A stretch of 53,416 nucleotides of DNA from a virus (IMGVR_UViG_3300033998_000181:1-53416), one strand, 5' to 3'. Shown: positions 9,571-19,395, counted from the stretch's first letter. The notes: generated by a model not told the origin, from the letters alone. Translations and numbers: made by a program.

Positions 9571-9914
9571 CCCGCGTCCACCTCAGCCTCAGCCTGAACG
9601 GGTTGCTCTCCCTTTTCTGGCAAGGAGCCGCCAATAGCTTCTGCCAACGCTTCGGTAACTCGCGGCAAAGTTTCCATATCCAACATAGCGCCCACTTGCT
9701 TAAGCGTCAAACTCTCATCTTCATGTATCAACCCTGCCCAAAGCACTGCACGAGCAGCCTTCATACTACCTTTCCTTACCTCTTCTAGCGCTTTGTTAAC
9801 AGAGCCGAACATGTCCTCAAGCTCGATGAAAGCGTTCAAATCAAACTTAATGGTACGTTCTCTATCTAGCATCAACTTAACTTTCTTTACCTTAACGTCT
9901 CTAGCATGACTCAT
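9555..9914 (-). CDS. Tail assembly chaperone (gpG-like)
   Basis: 119 aa between major tail protein and TMP; LD.ER.IKFDLNA..ELE...G motif. Confidence 0.85.
   Translation of the reverse strand: MSHARDVKVKKVKLMLDRERTIKFDLNAFIELEDMFGSVNKALEEVRKGSMKAARAVLWAGLIHEDESLTLKQVGAMLDMETLPRVTEALAEAIGGSLPEKGEQPVQAEAEVDAGNSQT
9567..9573 (-). other. -1 ribosomal frameshift slippery site G GGA AAC
   Basis: X XXY YYZ heptamer a few codons before the chaperone stop codon. Confidence 0.8.
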
Positions 9915-9930
9915 AAAACCACTCTCCTAA

Positions 9931-10818
9931 TTACGCGGTGGTGAAGTTCAGTACGTACGGCGAGGCTAGCTTGTTACCGGCCAGGTCGCGAATACCAGTA
10001 GTAAGAATTAGTCTGTAGGCAGTTGTGGCAGCCAAACTAGATGCAGGAGTAAAGGTAACAGTCTTGCGATCTGAACTCAGTGAAACAGTTCCGCTAACAT
10101 AATTGTCGTTGGCATCTAGTAAGAATACTGTATCGGAATTGACACTAGACGCGGCAAGCGCTTCGCTGAAGGTGACCGATGGTGCGATTGAAGTAGCAAC
10201 ACCAGTAGCACCGTCAATAGGATTAGAGCTTTGCACTGTTGGAGGTGTAGTGTCAGAAATGCCGCCACCTACAACAGTGAACCAGCCCTGTCCGATCGAA
10301 GGTACGTAGTCAGGCAGATCCTCGTCGGTTTGATGCATCCATTCATCATCGAAATCACGCTTCACAAAGTTACCAGTGAGAGTAGGTGTCTGGAAATTCA
10401 CACTATCGCCGCGTGTTTCGTGATTTTGTTCGGGTTCAGAAAATTTACCTTTCAGAAGCCAAGTATAACGATACTTGCCGTTACTCTTCAATGCCCTGAA
10501 ACCGATGGCTACCCAAGGAGGCGAGCTACTTGCCTTTCTCTTCAAGATAGCGCCGCTCATAGTATGTCCCAGTAAAACTGCTTGTACATCCAGTGGGATA
10601 TCTGCAGCAACTAGTTCCAGTTCAATCTGCCCCATAGTGGCGGCAGTCTCCATGGGACCATCGTCAGCAAACAACGTTTCTACAGAAGGGTTCGGGTTGA
10701 TGTTGGCTTGAATCGCACCTGCGATCTTTACAGGAGTACCATACGCGACTCCGGTAGAATCGTCTTTCTCGAGCAGCGCGTAGTACAGATCCTTCAAACC
10801 TACCAGTACACCAGGCAT
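9931..10818 (-). CDS. Major tail tube protein (phi13-like) with C-terminal Ig-like domain
   Basis: GLKDLYYA..., LFADDGP, VAIGFRALKSNGKYRY.WLLKGKF; C-terminal DTTPPTV..P.DGA.GV..VTFSE...DLAGN.L Ig-like (Big_5-type) motif. Confidence 0.9.
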   Translation of the reverse strand: MPGVLVGLKDLYYALLEKDDSTGVAYGTPVKIAGAIQANINPNPSVETLFADDGPMETAATMGQIELELVAADIPLDVQAVLLGHTMSGAILKRKASSSPPWVAIGFRALKSNGKYRYTWLLKGKFSEPEQNHETRGDSVNFQTPTLTGNFVKRDFDDEWMHQTDEDLPDYVPSIGQGWFTVVGGGISDTTPPTVQSSNPIDGATGVATSIAPSVTFSEALAASSVNSDTVFLLDANDNYVSGTVSLSSDRKTVTFTPASSLAATTAYRLILTTGIRDLAGNKLASPYVLNFTTA

Positions 10819-10835
10819 TCAAATCCCTCCTCGAA

Positions 10836-11225
10836 TTAGTCTCTAGGTGTGGTGATCGCTAGATTAAAACCCCATAAAATCCTGTTGTTCTCGTCTACGC
10901 CAATTTTAAATGGAGTTTGTCTGGCAGCAATTATAGCCCACCTGGTATCAGTAAGGTACAAGATTCGATCTTCGGGAACGTCTAATTCCTTGAAGATACT
11001 CCAAGCTTTCTGTTTGGCAGCGTCTGGATCTACATTACGCACCATAACTTGAACATTACGTACATCAGCAAGACCGGGAACGCCGCCATACTCGAACAGT
11101 ACTACCAGGTTGTTGGGAGCATTCGGGGCGAAGTCTCTAAAGGTGTCAATGCCGTCACCGGTCACGTGACCCTTATGCTGTAGGTACGTAACTAGATCCA
11201 GTAACAAGTCTGCCAATTTTCTCAC
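10836..11225 (-). CDS. Tail terminator-like protein
   Basis: 129 aa immediately upstream of the tail tube gene; VQVMVR and IGVDENNR..FN motifs. Confidence 0.7.
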   Translation of the reverse strand: MRKLADLLLDLVTYLQHKGHVTGDGIDTFRDFAPNAPNNLVVLFEYGGVPGLADVRNVQVMVRNVDPDAAKQKAWSIFKELDVPEDRILYLTDTRWAIIAARQTPFKIGVDENNRILWGFNLAITTPRD

Positions 11226-11653
11226 CTACCTAAAATAGTTATAACACGAGCAGCTAGTCTTTTCTCTAAACCGACTCGAGCTTCGTTGAGTGGATCTTCC
11301 AAAAACTTAGCTTTTCCTACGGGGTGCTTCACGTCTAGTCTCTCATGGACGTAGATCGCATAGTCTTTTGTTGGCTGTCCGGTTTTTGGATTGACAACCG
11401 AATCAGTACCAAAACCACACACTACTTTTACTTCGTCTTTCTTCTTTATAGGAGGTGTTACGAAGCGGCTGCGAAGCAGTGCGCCTGTATCTACTGGTAC
11501 TTGTTTAGCAGCTTCCTCTATTACTTCCTTGCCTTCAGCGAAGAGAGCCTTCCCTAGAGCACCAATTACTTTGTCCTCAGTTTGCTGGGGTTTTCGAGCT
11601 ATTCTTTTGATACCACGTACGTTGGCACGTAGTATACCTCTAGATTGAGGCAT
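11222..11653 (-). CDS. HK97 gp10-like neck/tail completion protein
   Basis: VPVDTGALLRS, YAIYVHE and GKAKFLEDP motifs. Confidence 0.8.
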   Translation of the reverse strand: MPQSRGILRANVRGIKRIARKPQQTEDKVIGALGKALFAEGKEVIEEAAKQVPVDTGALLRSRFVTPPIKKKDEVKVVCGFGTDSVVNPKTGQPTKDYAIYVHERLDVKHPVGKAKFLEDPLNEARVGLEKRLAARVITILGR

Positions 11654-11973
11654 TACAGATACACCTCGTAGTGATCAACGTTACCTTTACTATCATAAAG
11701 AGGGCTGATTAAAATGATGGGCGGCTGCTCTCCTGAAGGTAACGTGATTCTATCTTGCAGTGTCATCGAAGCAACACGAGAATCGTCGAAGTAGAGAGTC
11801 CAATTACTGATGACTTCTTCTCCGCGTCTGTCACGTACAATTCTACGAACACCCTCCATAAAACACTTTAACTCCACAGCCGGATCGTAGGTAGGCTTAC
11901 CAGTACCAGAGTAGGAGGTGAAAGGTTCCCAGATCACTGTAGTGTTTAACCAACTCTTTAGTACTGGGTCCAT
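11653..11973 (-). CDS. Head closure protein
   Basis: 106 aa; G.PTY...VRD..GEEV.S...DRITLP...HYEVYL; position in the neck module. Confidence 0.7.
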   Translation of the reverse strand: MDPVLKSWLNTTVIWEPFTSYSGTGKPTYDPAVELKCFMEGVRRIVRDRRGEEVISNWTLYFDDSRVASMTLQDRITLPSGEQPPIILISPLYDSKGNVDHYEVYL

Positions 11974-11990
11974 CCTCTCACCTCCTACTT

Positions 11991-12365
11991 CTATTTAACA
12001 TCGCTGACGTAATCCATCATTCCTCGCGAAAATGCCGCATCACCTTCGGTACCCCCTGCATAAGGTGTACCATAACCAACAACTCTACGTCTCAATTCCT
12101 TAGCTTTCTTGGTGTACTGCTCAAACTTGGCTGTAGCTTGGATGCTAGTCTTGCCGATAGTAGAGTTCGCGAGTCGAGCAAACTTAGACGCTATTGCCTC
12201 ACAACACTTAACAGCAGCTCTAAGTACGTTACCTCCTGACTGTGTTAACTCGTACTGTATTTCCTCGTCTGCCAGTAGCGGATCCGACTGAATTGTGTCC
12301 CCTATTAAGAACCTCACTGCGTCCAGAGGACTGTTCGACGGATTCCCGCTGTACGACCATGCCAT
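11991..12365 (-). CDS. Head-tail adaptor protein
   Basis: MAWSYSG.P....D.VRFLIGDT...L.DEEI motif. Confidence 0.75.
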   Translation of the reverse strand: MAWSYSGNPSNSPLDAVRFLIGDTIQSDPLLADEEIQYELTQSGGNVLRAAVKCCEAIASKFARLANSTIGKTSIQATAKFEQYTKKAKELRRRVVGYGTPYAGGTEGDAAFSRGMMDYVSDVK

Positions 12366-12576
12366 CTTTCACCGCCTCCTCTGTTCGAGGTTGCGCGGCA
12401 GTCCCTGCGGTAGAAGGTGCCGACGAACTGTTCGTCGACACCTCTTTCTTTACTAGAAAACCTGCCGAAATTAGAGCACGAAACGTTGGAAGCTTCTCTG
12501 CATTGGGTACAATTTCTCCGGGTTCGTACTTTACTCCGTTAATCAGCATACGTCGATGTGCTACGTAAGCAGTCAT
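12229..12576 (-). CDS. Small hypothetical protein after the capsid gene
   Basis: NGVKYEPGEIVP...LISAGFL motif typical of post-capsid small proteins; the 3' end overlaps the next gene. Confidence 0.55.
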   Translation of the reverse strand: MTAYVAHRRMLINGVKYEPGEIVPNAEKLPTFRALISAGFLVKKEVSTNSSSAPSTAGTAAQPRTEEAVKDGMVVQRESVEQSSGRSEVLNRGHNSVGSATGRRGNTVRVNTVRR

Positions 12577-12588
12577 CTAACCACCTAC

Positions 12589-13575
12589 CTACGCAACGGC
12601 ATTGGCGAAGAAGGCACCAAGATCAGGGGCGACAACCTTTATGTCGAATGCCATCTCGCCTTCAATCCTCTCGGTTCCTATACCTAGCATATCCATGGGG
12701 AACCTCACAATACGTCCGCCGTAAGCATTAGCACCCAACAACCCTTGCCACGCAAAGATGTACCCAGCACTCGGAGTCTTCAGGCCCGGTCTAGGTGCAG
12801 CGTAGGCTAATAGCGCATGCTTCCCTAAAATAAACTGGTAACTCGGAGTAGCGCCTTTAGCCGCAGTGTTCTTAACTGCACCTGCTATAACAACCTTGTC
12901 TACATCAAACAGCATAGCAAGTAGCTCCGGAGTCACGACGCCGCGTTGAGTATACTTAATGCGATCCAAAATGCTAGGATGGTTTTTCAGCGCTTTGTAG
13001 ACCCACGTACCCAGTACCAGTACGTTGGGTTTGAATCCAGTTAGCTCCTGAATGGTGGTTTGAGCTTTGTCGATGTCTTCTATAGGTGTCGAAGCAGCGT
13101 CGTTCCACTGTAAGAACTGGCCGCTGGTAGGCGCGGACGCTACACCAGTATACTCGGTGCCCCACACACCAGCAGTAAAGTATTTCGAAGCCCACAGAAC
13201 TTCACGCTTCAGCAGTAATTTTTGAGTAACAAACTGCATAGCGTCTTCGTCAGGCTTCAGCGGGCTGTCCGCGTTGACCCTGTCCTCTTCGGTAACGTCT
13301 TTGTGATAGGCGTACTTCTGGCAGAAGTACGTAGGAGTATTGTCAATGTCATAACCGCCACCCGCAGACTCGGTTGCCGGCGCCCTTAGTTGAGCCTCAT
13401 CACGGAACCAATCCTCACGCTTATATACGAAGTAGCGATCACTTTGCTTTTGTACTGGTACAATGGGAAAGACTTTGTCTGCGACAAATGCGCTCTCTTG
13501 CTGGATGTAAGCTACGCTCATATTGGTGAGCGCAGTGTCAATATGAATTTGCCTGTAGGAAGGGTTGGTCGGCAT
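12589..13575 (-). CDS. Major capsid protein
   Basis: 328 aa; HID..LTN.SVAY.Q..FVAD.VFP.VPV; G.KPN.LVLG..V...LKNHP.ILDRIKY (lambda E-like capsid family). Confidence 0.88.
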   Translation of the reverse strand: MPTNPSYRQIHIDTALTNMSVAYIQQESAFVADKVFPIVPVQKQSDRYFVYKREDWFRDEAQLRAPATESAGGGYDIDNTPTYFCQKYAYHKDVTEEDRVNADSPLKPDEDAMQFVTQKLLLKREVLWASKYFTAGVWGTEYTGVASAPTSGQFLQWNDAASTPIEDIDKAQTTIQELTGFKPNVLVLGTWVYKALKNHPSILDRIKYTQRGVVTPELLAMLFDVDKVVIAGAVKNTAAKGATPSYQFILGKHALLAYAAPRPGLKTPSAGYIFAWQGLLGANAYGGRIVRFPMDMLGIGTERIEGEMAFDIKVVAPDLGAFFANAVA

Positions 13576-13605
13576 TTAAGTCACTCCTTTCTACTAGTTA
13601 ACTAG

Positions 13606-13989
13606 TTAAGCGGTTTGGAAGCCAAAACTCTTCAACAAGATGGCACCTTCTTCACCAGCTGCGCCACCGGTAAGTGCCACTCCTACAACGTGGTTCGTTG
13701 CACCTGCGCCAGGAGCGGCATAAGGAACAAACTGACCGTCTGCATTTACCATCAATTTGTTGCCAGGCGCTACGCTTGCACCGTAAATAGCCTTAGTCAC
13801 ACCAAATACCATGACAGTGGCAGCTTGGCCGATGCCGGGGTCGTTTTGTAGTACTCCAACCGCGGGTTCACCAGCGCTGGCGAGGGCAGCCTTGCCATTG
13901 GCGTCGACTTTGATGGCGTGATATTGCTTGGTACTTAAATCAGCAGCGGCTTCCAAAGTAATACTTTGAAGCGGAATTTCGTATCCCAT
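13606..13989 (-). CDS. Capsid decoration/cement protein (DUF2190-like)
   Basis: 127 aa, Ala/Gly-rich; A.ADLS..QY...GE.AVGVLQN.P..G..A.V...G; upstream of MCP. Confidence 0.75.
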   Translation of the reverse strand: MGYEIPLQSITLEAAADLSTKQYHAIKVDANGKAALASAGEPAVGVLQNDPGIGQAATVMVFGVTKAIYGASVAPGNKLMVNADGQFVPYAAPGAGATNHVVGVALTGGAAGEEGAILLKSFGFQTA

Positions 13990-14015
13990 AGTCGCACCTC
14001 CATTGTTTATTAAAG

Positions 14016-15053
14016 TTAGCTCATTAACTCTTTCCGATACTCTTCATAGAGCTGCGGATTCTCGTGCATGACCTTGGAAATGGCGCTTTCTAACGTCATG
14101 TTAGGGTCACTCTTACGTACTTCTTCAGCCTTCTTAACAATGCGATCCCATGCAGATGAACCTTCCCCTTCACCATTGCTACCATAAGCCTTAAAGAGCC
14201 CACTAGTTTCGATGGCGTTATTTGCCGCCTTTAAAACAGCCTCCAACTTGACGTACTCTTCCGGACAAGCCTCAGCGACCTTCTTGAGCACTAGACCAAA
14301 CTCTTCTGGTTTGATGCCTAACGCGGAGAGTTGCTTCGCCTTAGCAATATATTCCTGTTTGAGTCGGGTCTCTCTTTCGGCTTTAGCAATCTCCTCTGCT
14401 TCTTCCGCCCTCTTGTTGGCCTCTTCTACCATCTTGCGGACGGGTTCAGGAAGTCCTTTAAGAATATCTTCTTCAGAGCCGCTAGTCTGAGTGCTCTTTT
14501 GAAGCTCTTCTACCTTCTTCTCCAGCTCCTCTACCCTAGCCGCTTTCTTTTCCAGTTCTTCGATTTTTTCCAGCTCCTTCCTAACTTCCTCGGGTAAGTT
14601 TTTGATTATCTCTTCGCTAAACTTAGGCACATTAGCTCCCTCCTTACTTTTATTAACTGAACTCCCATTTTGAGGGAAGTTTATCAAATTAAGAGCTTGT
14701 TGGAAGCCATTCGACACAAACTCGGAGAAATCACTTAGCGCTTGCCGGATGGCTGCTATCTTATCAGTTACAGTACCATCAGCTATAATGGATTGGATAG
14801 TACTCTTCAACGCCCAGTGCGCATCGTATAACATATCTGATAGCTGACTATCCATCGTTTCATAAGCAAGTGCTTGTGTAAAAGTAACTGCACCTGCCTT
14901 CTCCGGAAGGTATTGTTTGATGATATTAGCTAATTTCTCCTTTAAAGTGTGGCCCGGTGCCGCACTCTTCACTATTAGAAATTTTCGCATATTCGCAGGA
15001 GAACCGACGCCCGACACCTCTTTGATCTTGATATCCACTAGTTTATTGGGCAC
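14016..15053 (-). CDS. Scaffold protein with N-terminal prohead-protease segment
   Basis: GTG at 15053 after AGGAGG; N-terminal L.D..I.EVS.V..PAN motif; Glu/Lys-rich coiled-coil C-terminal half. Confidence 0.7.
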   Translation of the reverse strand: MPNKLVDIKIKEVSGVGSPANMRKFLIVKSAAPGHTLKEKLANIIKQYLPEKAGAVTFTQALAYETMDSQLSDMLYDAHWALKSTIQSIIADGTVTDKIAAIRQALSDFSEFVSNGFQQALNLINFPQNGSSVNKSKEGANVPKFSEEIIKNLPEEVRKELEKIEELEKKAARVEELEKKVEELQKSTQTSGSEEDILKGLPEPVRKMVEEANKRAEEAEEIAKAERETRLKQEYIAKAKQLSALGIKPEEFGLVLKKVAEACPEEYVKLEAVLKAANNAIETSGLFKAYGSNGEGEGSSAWDRIVKKAEEVRKSDPNMTLESAISKVMHENPQLYEEYRKELMS

Positions 15054-15054
15054 T

Positions 15055-15747
15055 CTATACACCTCCTTCTACTGGTATTCGTATCGCGGTGCCTCCCATA
15101 CTATACCCTGTTATCTCACCTTTCTTAACCTTCTCGTAGTACTCAGGCGTCCAGATAACGCCCATTAACCAAGTACCCTTCTTCACAGTCTGATCGCCAA
15201 TTACCATGTCGACGGGTGCGATGTAGTTCTCGACGATCTCGCCGATCCCATCACTCCAAACGGCGTGCATGTATCCTAAGCCAACTCCGTCGCTTTTCTC
15301 GACACGTTCTAGGAGATCTGTTACGTCTAACTTCAATGTTTCGTTGTTTTTTGCAGCCTTCACTACTATATCGAGTAGCTGCAGCCCCATCTTCGCAAGT
15401 GGTGTTTGTGCTTGTAAGAGTCTGCTGAACTCCCAACACGCTTTTTCTATTTCATCGGCCGTAGTAAAGTCACCTTGCGAGTCTATCGTATCAGGCCCAT
15501 AAACTATACCTAAAGTATATCTACGCTCGTCGTTTTTCTCTATAAATACCGTTTTCTTTACCCAATTACCTTGTTCATTTTTCTTCCAGCCGTTCTTCAC
15601 AGCGCTCCAAGCAATTCGCGCAGCCTCTGACTCGTCCTTACCTTGTCCTACAGCACTGTTAAATGCTTTCCTCCATACTGTCTGCGCCTCTGCTGGGAGG
15701 TTGTTCTTGACTCCTTCTGGGAGTTCGCTGTTCGTTTTGTACGGCAT
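15055..15747 (-). CDS. ChaB domain fused to XkdF-like prohead protease
   Basis: MPY..NSELP..VK..LP..AQ..WR.AFNSA...AWSAVK (ChaB), then GIVY.PD..DSQGD...EIEKA and GEITGYSMGG (XkdF-like). Confidence 0.8.
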   Translation of the reverse strand: MPYKTNSELPEGVKNNLPAEAQTVWRKAFNSAVGQGKDESEAARIAWSAVKNGWKKNEQGNWVKKTVFIEKNDERRYTLGIVYGPDTIDSQGDFTTADEIEKACWEFSRLLQAQTPLAKMGLQLLDIVVKAAKNNETLKLDVTDLLERVEKSDGVGLGYMHAVWSDGIGEIVENYIAPVDMVIGDQTVKKGTWLMGVIWTPEYYEKVKKGEITGYSMGGTAIRIPVEGGV

Positions 15748-17038
15748 TCTCCGTGTCACCTCCTCCCGTTGCCTGCTTCTGCTTTATCTCCTCCTCAGGC
15801 AAGCGAGGCATGCTAGCCATCTCTCTAAGGTAATTCTGTGTAGCAGGATCGTCTAAACTGATCTTAGCTCCTGTGAGTGCTGTAATGAAACGTGCAAGCT
15901 CGTCTAACGGTACTGATTCTATCTCGCCGTGTCTCAATTTTGGATAGTCAGTGATACCAGGGAACGCGTTGAGACGGAAGAGCCTCGGTACAGCATACTT
16001 GTTGATGACCTCTGTCGCACCATCTAATAAAGCCTCTAAGCCCGCAGCAAACATACTCTTCTTGACATCGGCTAGTGCAAAACTTCCTACTTTGTCAGCT
16101 CCGAGCATTACTAGGTCAGCTAAAATAGTTATCGCGATCCGTTGGTCGTAGCGGTTGATAATCGCGTTAGTATCGAACTGCCTCCTAGACCCCGTAGAAA
16201 GAAGCTTTAACTCCCATCCAAATGGCAAGACAACTCCTTCACTTCTATCCCTTCGAATATTCGTGACAAGAGCTTCCGCAGTTGCTCTCAGCTTTTGTGA
16301 ATCTTCATTAGATACATCCCATAAGTCAACGTCTTCAGGTGGCGTGAGTACTGGTAAACCTGCCAGGTCACGCTCGATACCTATGCCCTCGATTTCCTCA
16401 ATCCTCTTCTTAAAGTACCAGGGGCGGTAGGCGTTTCTCAGCAACGAACGCCCTTCAGGGTTGTCAAGGTTTGGTTCGGTTCTAAACAAGAGTGCCTTTT
16501 GTATCGGGATGACAACTCGTTTATATTCGGGTGGAGCTAGCTGTACCATTGCGCTTACGCCGCCATCATCATCAAATTGCCATTCACATAAGGAGTCCTG
16601 TGCCCTCCTAGGTAATTTTCGCCAACCGATCCTACCGTCGTTGAACTTGCTGTTGTATCGAGGATCTCTATTGTCGCCTCTGCGTACTTTGTAAACAATT
16701 TCATGGAAGCTCCATCCATAGACAATCATCGAAAGCATTTCTGTTATGAAGTCTGACCAGGTCATACTCATGTCATCCATGCACGATCGTAGGAAGTCGG
16801 CTGCCTCTAAATCGGCCCTCGAGCTACTTGCAGGCTCTACGCGCCATGTAGCTTTACGTATCAGCTGTTTGGCTGCGTACAAAATAGCGCCGATTACAGG
16901 GTCGTTAGAGGACATCTCTTTATAAATCTTCATACCTCTCGGTCCCCGTAACGCAGGGAGGAACTCGTCAAATACATGTCCTCCCCATCGATTGAGACCT
17001 GTTATACCTATTTCTGTGAGGATCGGTTGTCTAGGCAT
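15659..17038 (-). CDS. Portal protein
   Basis: 459 aa after TerL; NPEGRSLLRNAYRPW.FK..IE.IE.IG.ERD..G.P and GSFAL motifs. Confidence 0.88.
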   Translation of the reverse strand: MPRQPILTEIGITGLNRWGGHVFDEFLPALRGPRGMKIYKEMSSNDPVIGAILYAAKQLIRKATWRVEPASSSRADLEAADFLRSCMDDMSMTWSDFITEMLSMIVYGWSFHEIVYKVRRGDNRDPRYNSKFNDGRIGWRKLPRRAQDSLCEWQFDDDGGVSAMVQLAPPEYKRVVIPIQKALLFRTEPNLDNPEGRSLLRNAYRPWYFKKRIEEIEGIGIERDLAGLPVLTPPEDVDLWDVSNEDSQKLRATAEALVTNIRRDRSEGVVLPFGWELKLLSTGSRRQFDTNAIINRYDQRIAITILADLVMLGADKVGSFALADVKKSMFAAGLEALLDGATEVINKYAVPRLFRLNAFPGITDYPKLRHGEIESVPLDELARFITALTGAKISLDDPATQNYLREMASMPRLPEEEIKQKQATGGGDTENAVQNEQRTPRRSQEQPPSRGADSMEESI

Positions 17039-17049
17039 ATTTTCACCCT

Positions 17050-19395
17050 CTATACGGCGTACGTCCAGTAGGAATCAGTATCTAAACCAACCTCTATCGG
17101 AATCGCACTTATGTTGGGTGCCTTATCTATTACCTCAAAAGCACCGCTAAGAGCATCTACCTGGTCGTCATGTGTTCCCCCAGGGAACATTTCTAACTCA
17201 TCTAGGAAGTCATTGATCCAAGGACCACGAACCAGCTTAATTGCTCCTCTTTGTGCGTGTGCACTAACAGGATTCGCCCTGAGAACCTTACTCCCCGTCG
17301 TTCTATGTCCCCTCACGGCAAAGCCTTTTAACAGTTGAGCAAAATGCTCGATTACATACAATCCACTTGATCCAGGCTCCTGTTCTATATAGATACTTAC
17401 GTGACGACCGTCCTTGTATGCTGTTTCCTTAACAAGCTCCTCGACATCGTGCGGCGCCAACCTGTCTCTTTTCACGTCGAGTATGTACCAGTTGGATCTG
17501 GTAGCGCCTAATAGAAGCCCTACGGTCCAGTCGGGGTCCTTTGCTTTTGACTTACCTCTTTGTTGGCCTTTCTCAGTGCCTGCTAAATCCCAATAACGCA
17601 CAATCTTTCTTAGGTGAGGTACTCTATCCACAATTGGGAACCACTGTCTCTTAAACATGTACCCTGCTTCCTTAACGTCCCAATTACCCCACCTCAGCTG
17701 TGCTCTTGTAACAGGATCGAGTTTCGACAGCGACTCTTCGTACTGTGCATGATCGAGGAAAGGATTATCCTCCATACGGGCCGGTATAAATATGCGTCCC
17801 TTACTGGCGCCTTCTATAATAAAGCGTTGTTTTACCCAATCATGCCCTTCGCCGCCCGGGTTACTAGCTGCTCTCATTCTCACCGGCACGGGGAAGCCCT
17901 TCAAGCGACGCAGACGAGAGAAGAGGTAAGTGTATTGTGTCTCCGTAAACTGCGTGAGTTCGTCAAAACCAATAAACTGAAACTCTGCAGATTGATAGCG
18001 GTACTTGTCCTTCTCACTTTCTAGATACCCAAAAGTCAACGTAGCGCCGCTCGGAAAGATCCACTTCTTCTCCCTGTCGTCCCATTTCACTTCAGGGATG
18101 AAGGGTGTTAACAGTTCACGTGCACGATCCAACAACGCTCCTGGAAGCGCCAAGTCAGAATATGTACGACGGAAGAGGATCGCATTATAACCAGGCGTAT
18201 CTACATATTGCAATGCAGCCAAGAGAAGCGCTTCGCTATTGTGTGTCGGAATTAACTCTTTACCTATCAAGAAGATATGACTTAGGTGCTTAATCCGAAT
18301 ACATTTCACGTCTCTTTTGCCTACGTATTTGACACTCTTCACAAACACTTTATTACTGCATACTCTCTTAGATAACAGAGCCTTCTTTCTCTGTAGCCGA
18401 AAGACTTCCAAAGTAGTACTAAATGTTATTCTATGTGAAGGACACTTCTTTCCTTTGTAACTCGAAGGCGCTACAGACCTCGAATACGTAATACCCAACG
18501 ACGACAATAACGTGCAGATGTCATCTGCAAGCCGCTTCTCCTTAAATGCGATCTCACAACGCCCTCTTTTCTGGATGGAACCATCAGAATCCATAATGCC
18601 CTGCAATAAGCTGAGACGTTGCTTAAACGAGCTCAAAAAGTATATCTCTGGAATGTATTTTGTTTCGGGAGCTGTAGTTCTATTGTCATGCTTATCTCTC
18701 AACAATCCCAGCAATCTTAATTGTGTAGTAAGTCCTTCTGCCGTATATTGATTAGGCATACTAGCGTATCTATGCAAAGGCGGCAGATAATTCTTGACCT
18801 CTTCGTAATCCTGCTCTCCTATTGTAATACTACCAGTTCTACTATTTCCATCCCCCAGCCAATAACCAAGTACATAGGGGTCAATAGGTAAATCTTTCTC
18901 TTCGCCTACAACGGCCAACGCTGAAACCAACTTGTCTCCTTCTCTGAGGTCCTTTGTGGTGCAAATCAAATTTCGCCAATACTTTCTATGCTTATATTCT
19001 GTTATGGCCCATAGGTGTTCAGCATCTGCTACGATTTTAGCTCCGTTATTGAAAGTAATTTCATAACAATCATGATCCTTCTGGACGTCCGTAATATATT
19101 CGATATCTGACCAAGTCCCATCTTGCGCCAGCACTTTATCCTCAAGCGTTAACGTACCTATCGTCTTCCAACCCTTATCTGTCAAGATTGGTGTATCCAA
19201 CGCAAGCGCTTTGCCACCACCCGCCGCACCTCCGTAGAGGGCTTCGAGGGTATCTAAGAGGAGGAACGCAATCTGCTTCTCGGTCATAGTCTGGCGCATA
19301 TATTTTGTGGTTTTAGGCGTCATAGCTCTGAGTAACCGGTGGTATACGTCGTATGGCAGCGACGCTGTTTGATTAGATGACACCAAGATCACCAC
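17050..19395 (-). CDS. terL: Terminase large subunit interrupted by an intein
   Basis: Walker A YGGAAGGGK|S, Walker B FIGFDE, ASNPGG.GH.WVK, nuclease RYWDLA and HDDQVDA. Confidence 0.95.
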   Translation of the reverse strand: MVILVSSNQTASLPYDVYHRLLRAMTPKTTKYMRQTMTEKQIAFLLLDTLEALYGGAAGGGKALALDTPILTDKGWKTIGTLTLEDKVLAQDGTWSDIEYITDVQKDHDCYEITFNNGAKIVADAEHLWAITEYKHRKYWRNLICTTKDLREGDKLVSALAVVGEEKDLPIDPYVLGYWLGDGNSRTGSITIGEQDYEEVKNYLPPLHRYASMPNQYTAEGLTTQLRLLGLLRDKHDNRTTAPETKYIPEIYFLSSFKQRLSLLQGIMDSDGSIQKRGRCEIAFKEKRLADDICTLLSSLGITYSRSVAPSSYKGKKCPSHRITFSTTLEVFRLQRKKALLSKRVCSNKVFVKSVKYVGKRDVKCIRIKHLSHIFLIGKELIPTHNSEALLLAALQYVDTPGYNAILFRRTYSDLALPGALLDRARELLTPFIPEVKWDDREKKWIFPSGATLTFGYLESEKDKYRYQSAEFQFIGFDELTQFTETQYTYLFSRLRRLKGFPVPVRMRAASNPGGEGHDWVKQRFIIEGASKGRIFIPARMEDNPFLDHAQYEESLSKLDPVTRAQLRWGNWDVKEAGYMFKRQWFPIVDRVPHLRKIVRYWDLAGTEKGQQRGKSKAKDPDWTVGLLLGATRSNWYILDVKRDRLAPHDVEELVKETAYKDGRHVSIYIEQEPGSSGLYVIEHFAQLLKGFAVRGHRTTGSKVLRANPVSAHAQRGAIKLVRGPWINDFLDELEMFPGGTHDDQVDALSGAFEVIDKAPNISAIPIEVGLDTDSYWTYAV
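18238..19209 (-). mobile_element. Class 3 intein (324 aa) with LAGLIDADG homing endonuclease
   Basis: Starts with Ala (ALALDTPI), has the W-C-T triad (ADAEHLW, VKCI, PTHN), ends HN|S. Endonuclease motifs LGYWLGDG and LQGIMDSDG. Inserted in Walker A. Confidence 0.9.

Noticed and set aside
12229-12365. Long gene overlaps (also portal/ChaB at 15659-15747)
   Set aside because: Overlapping tails are low-complexity and best explained by stop-codon drift.
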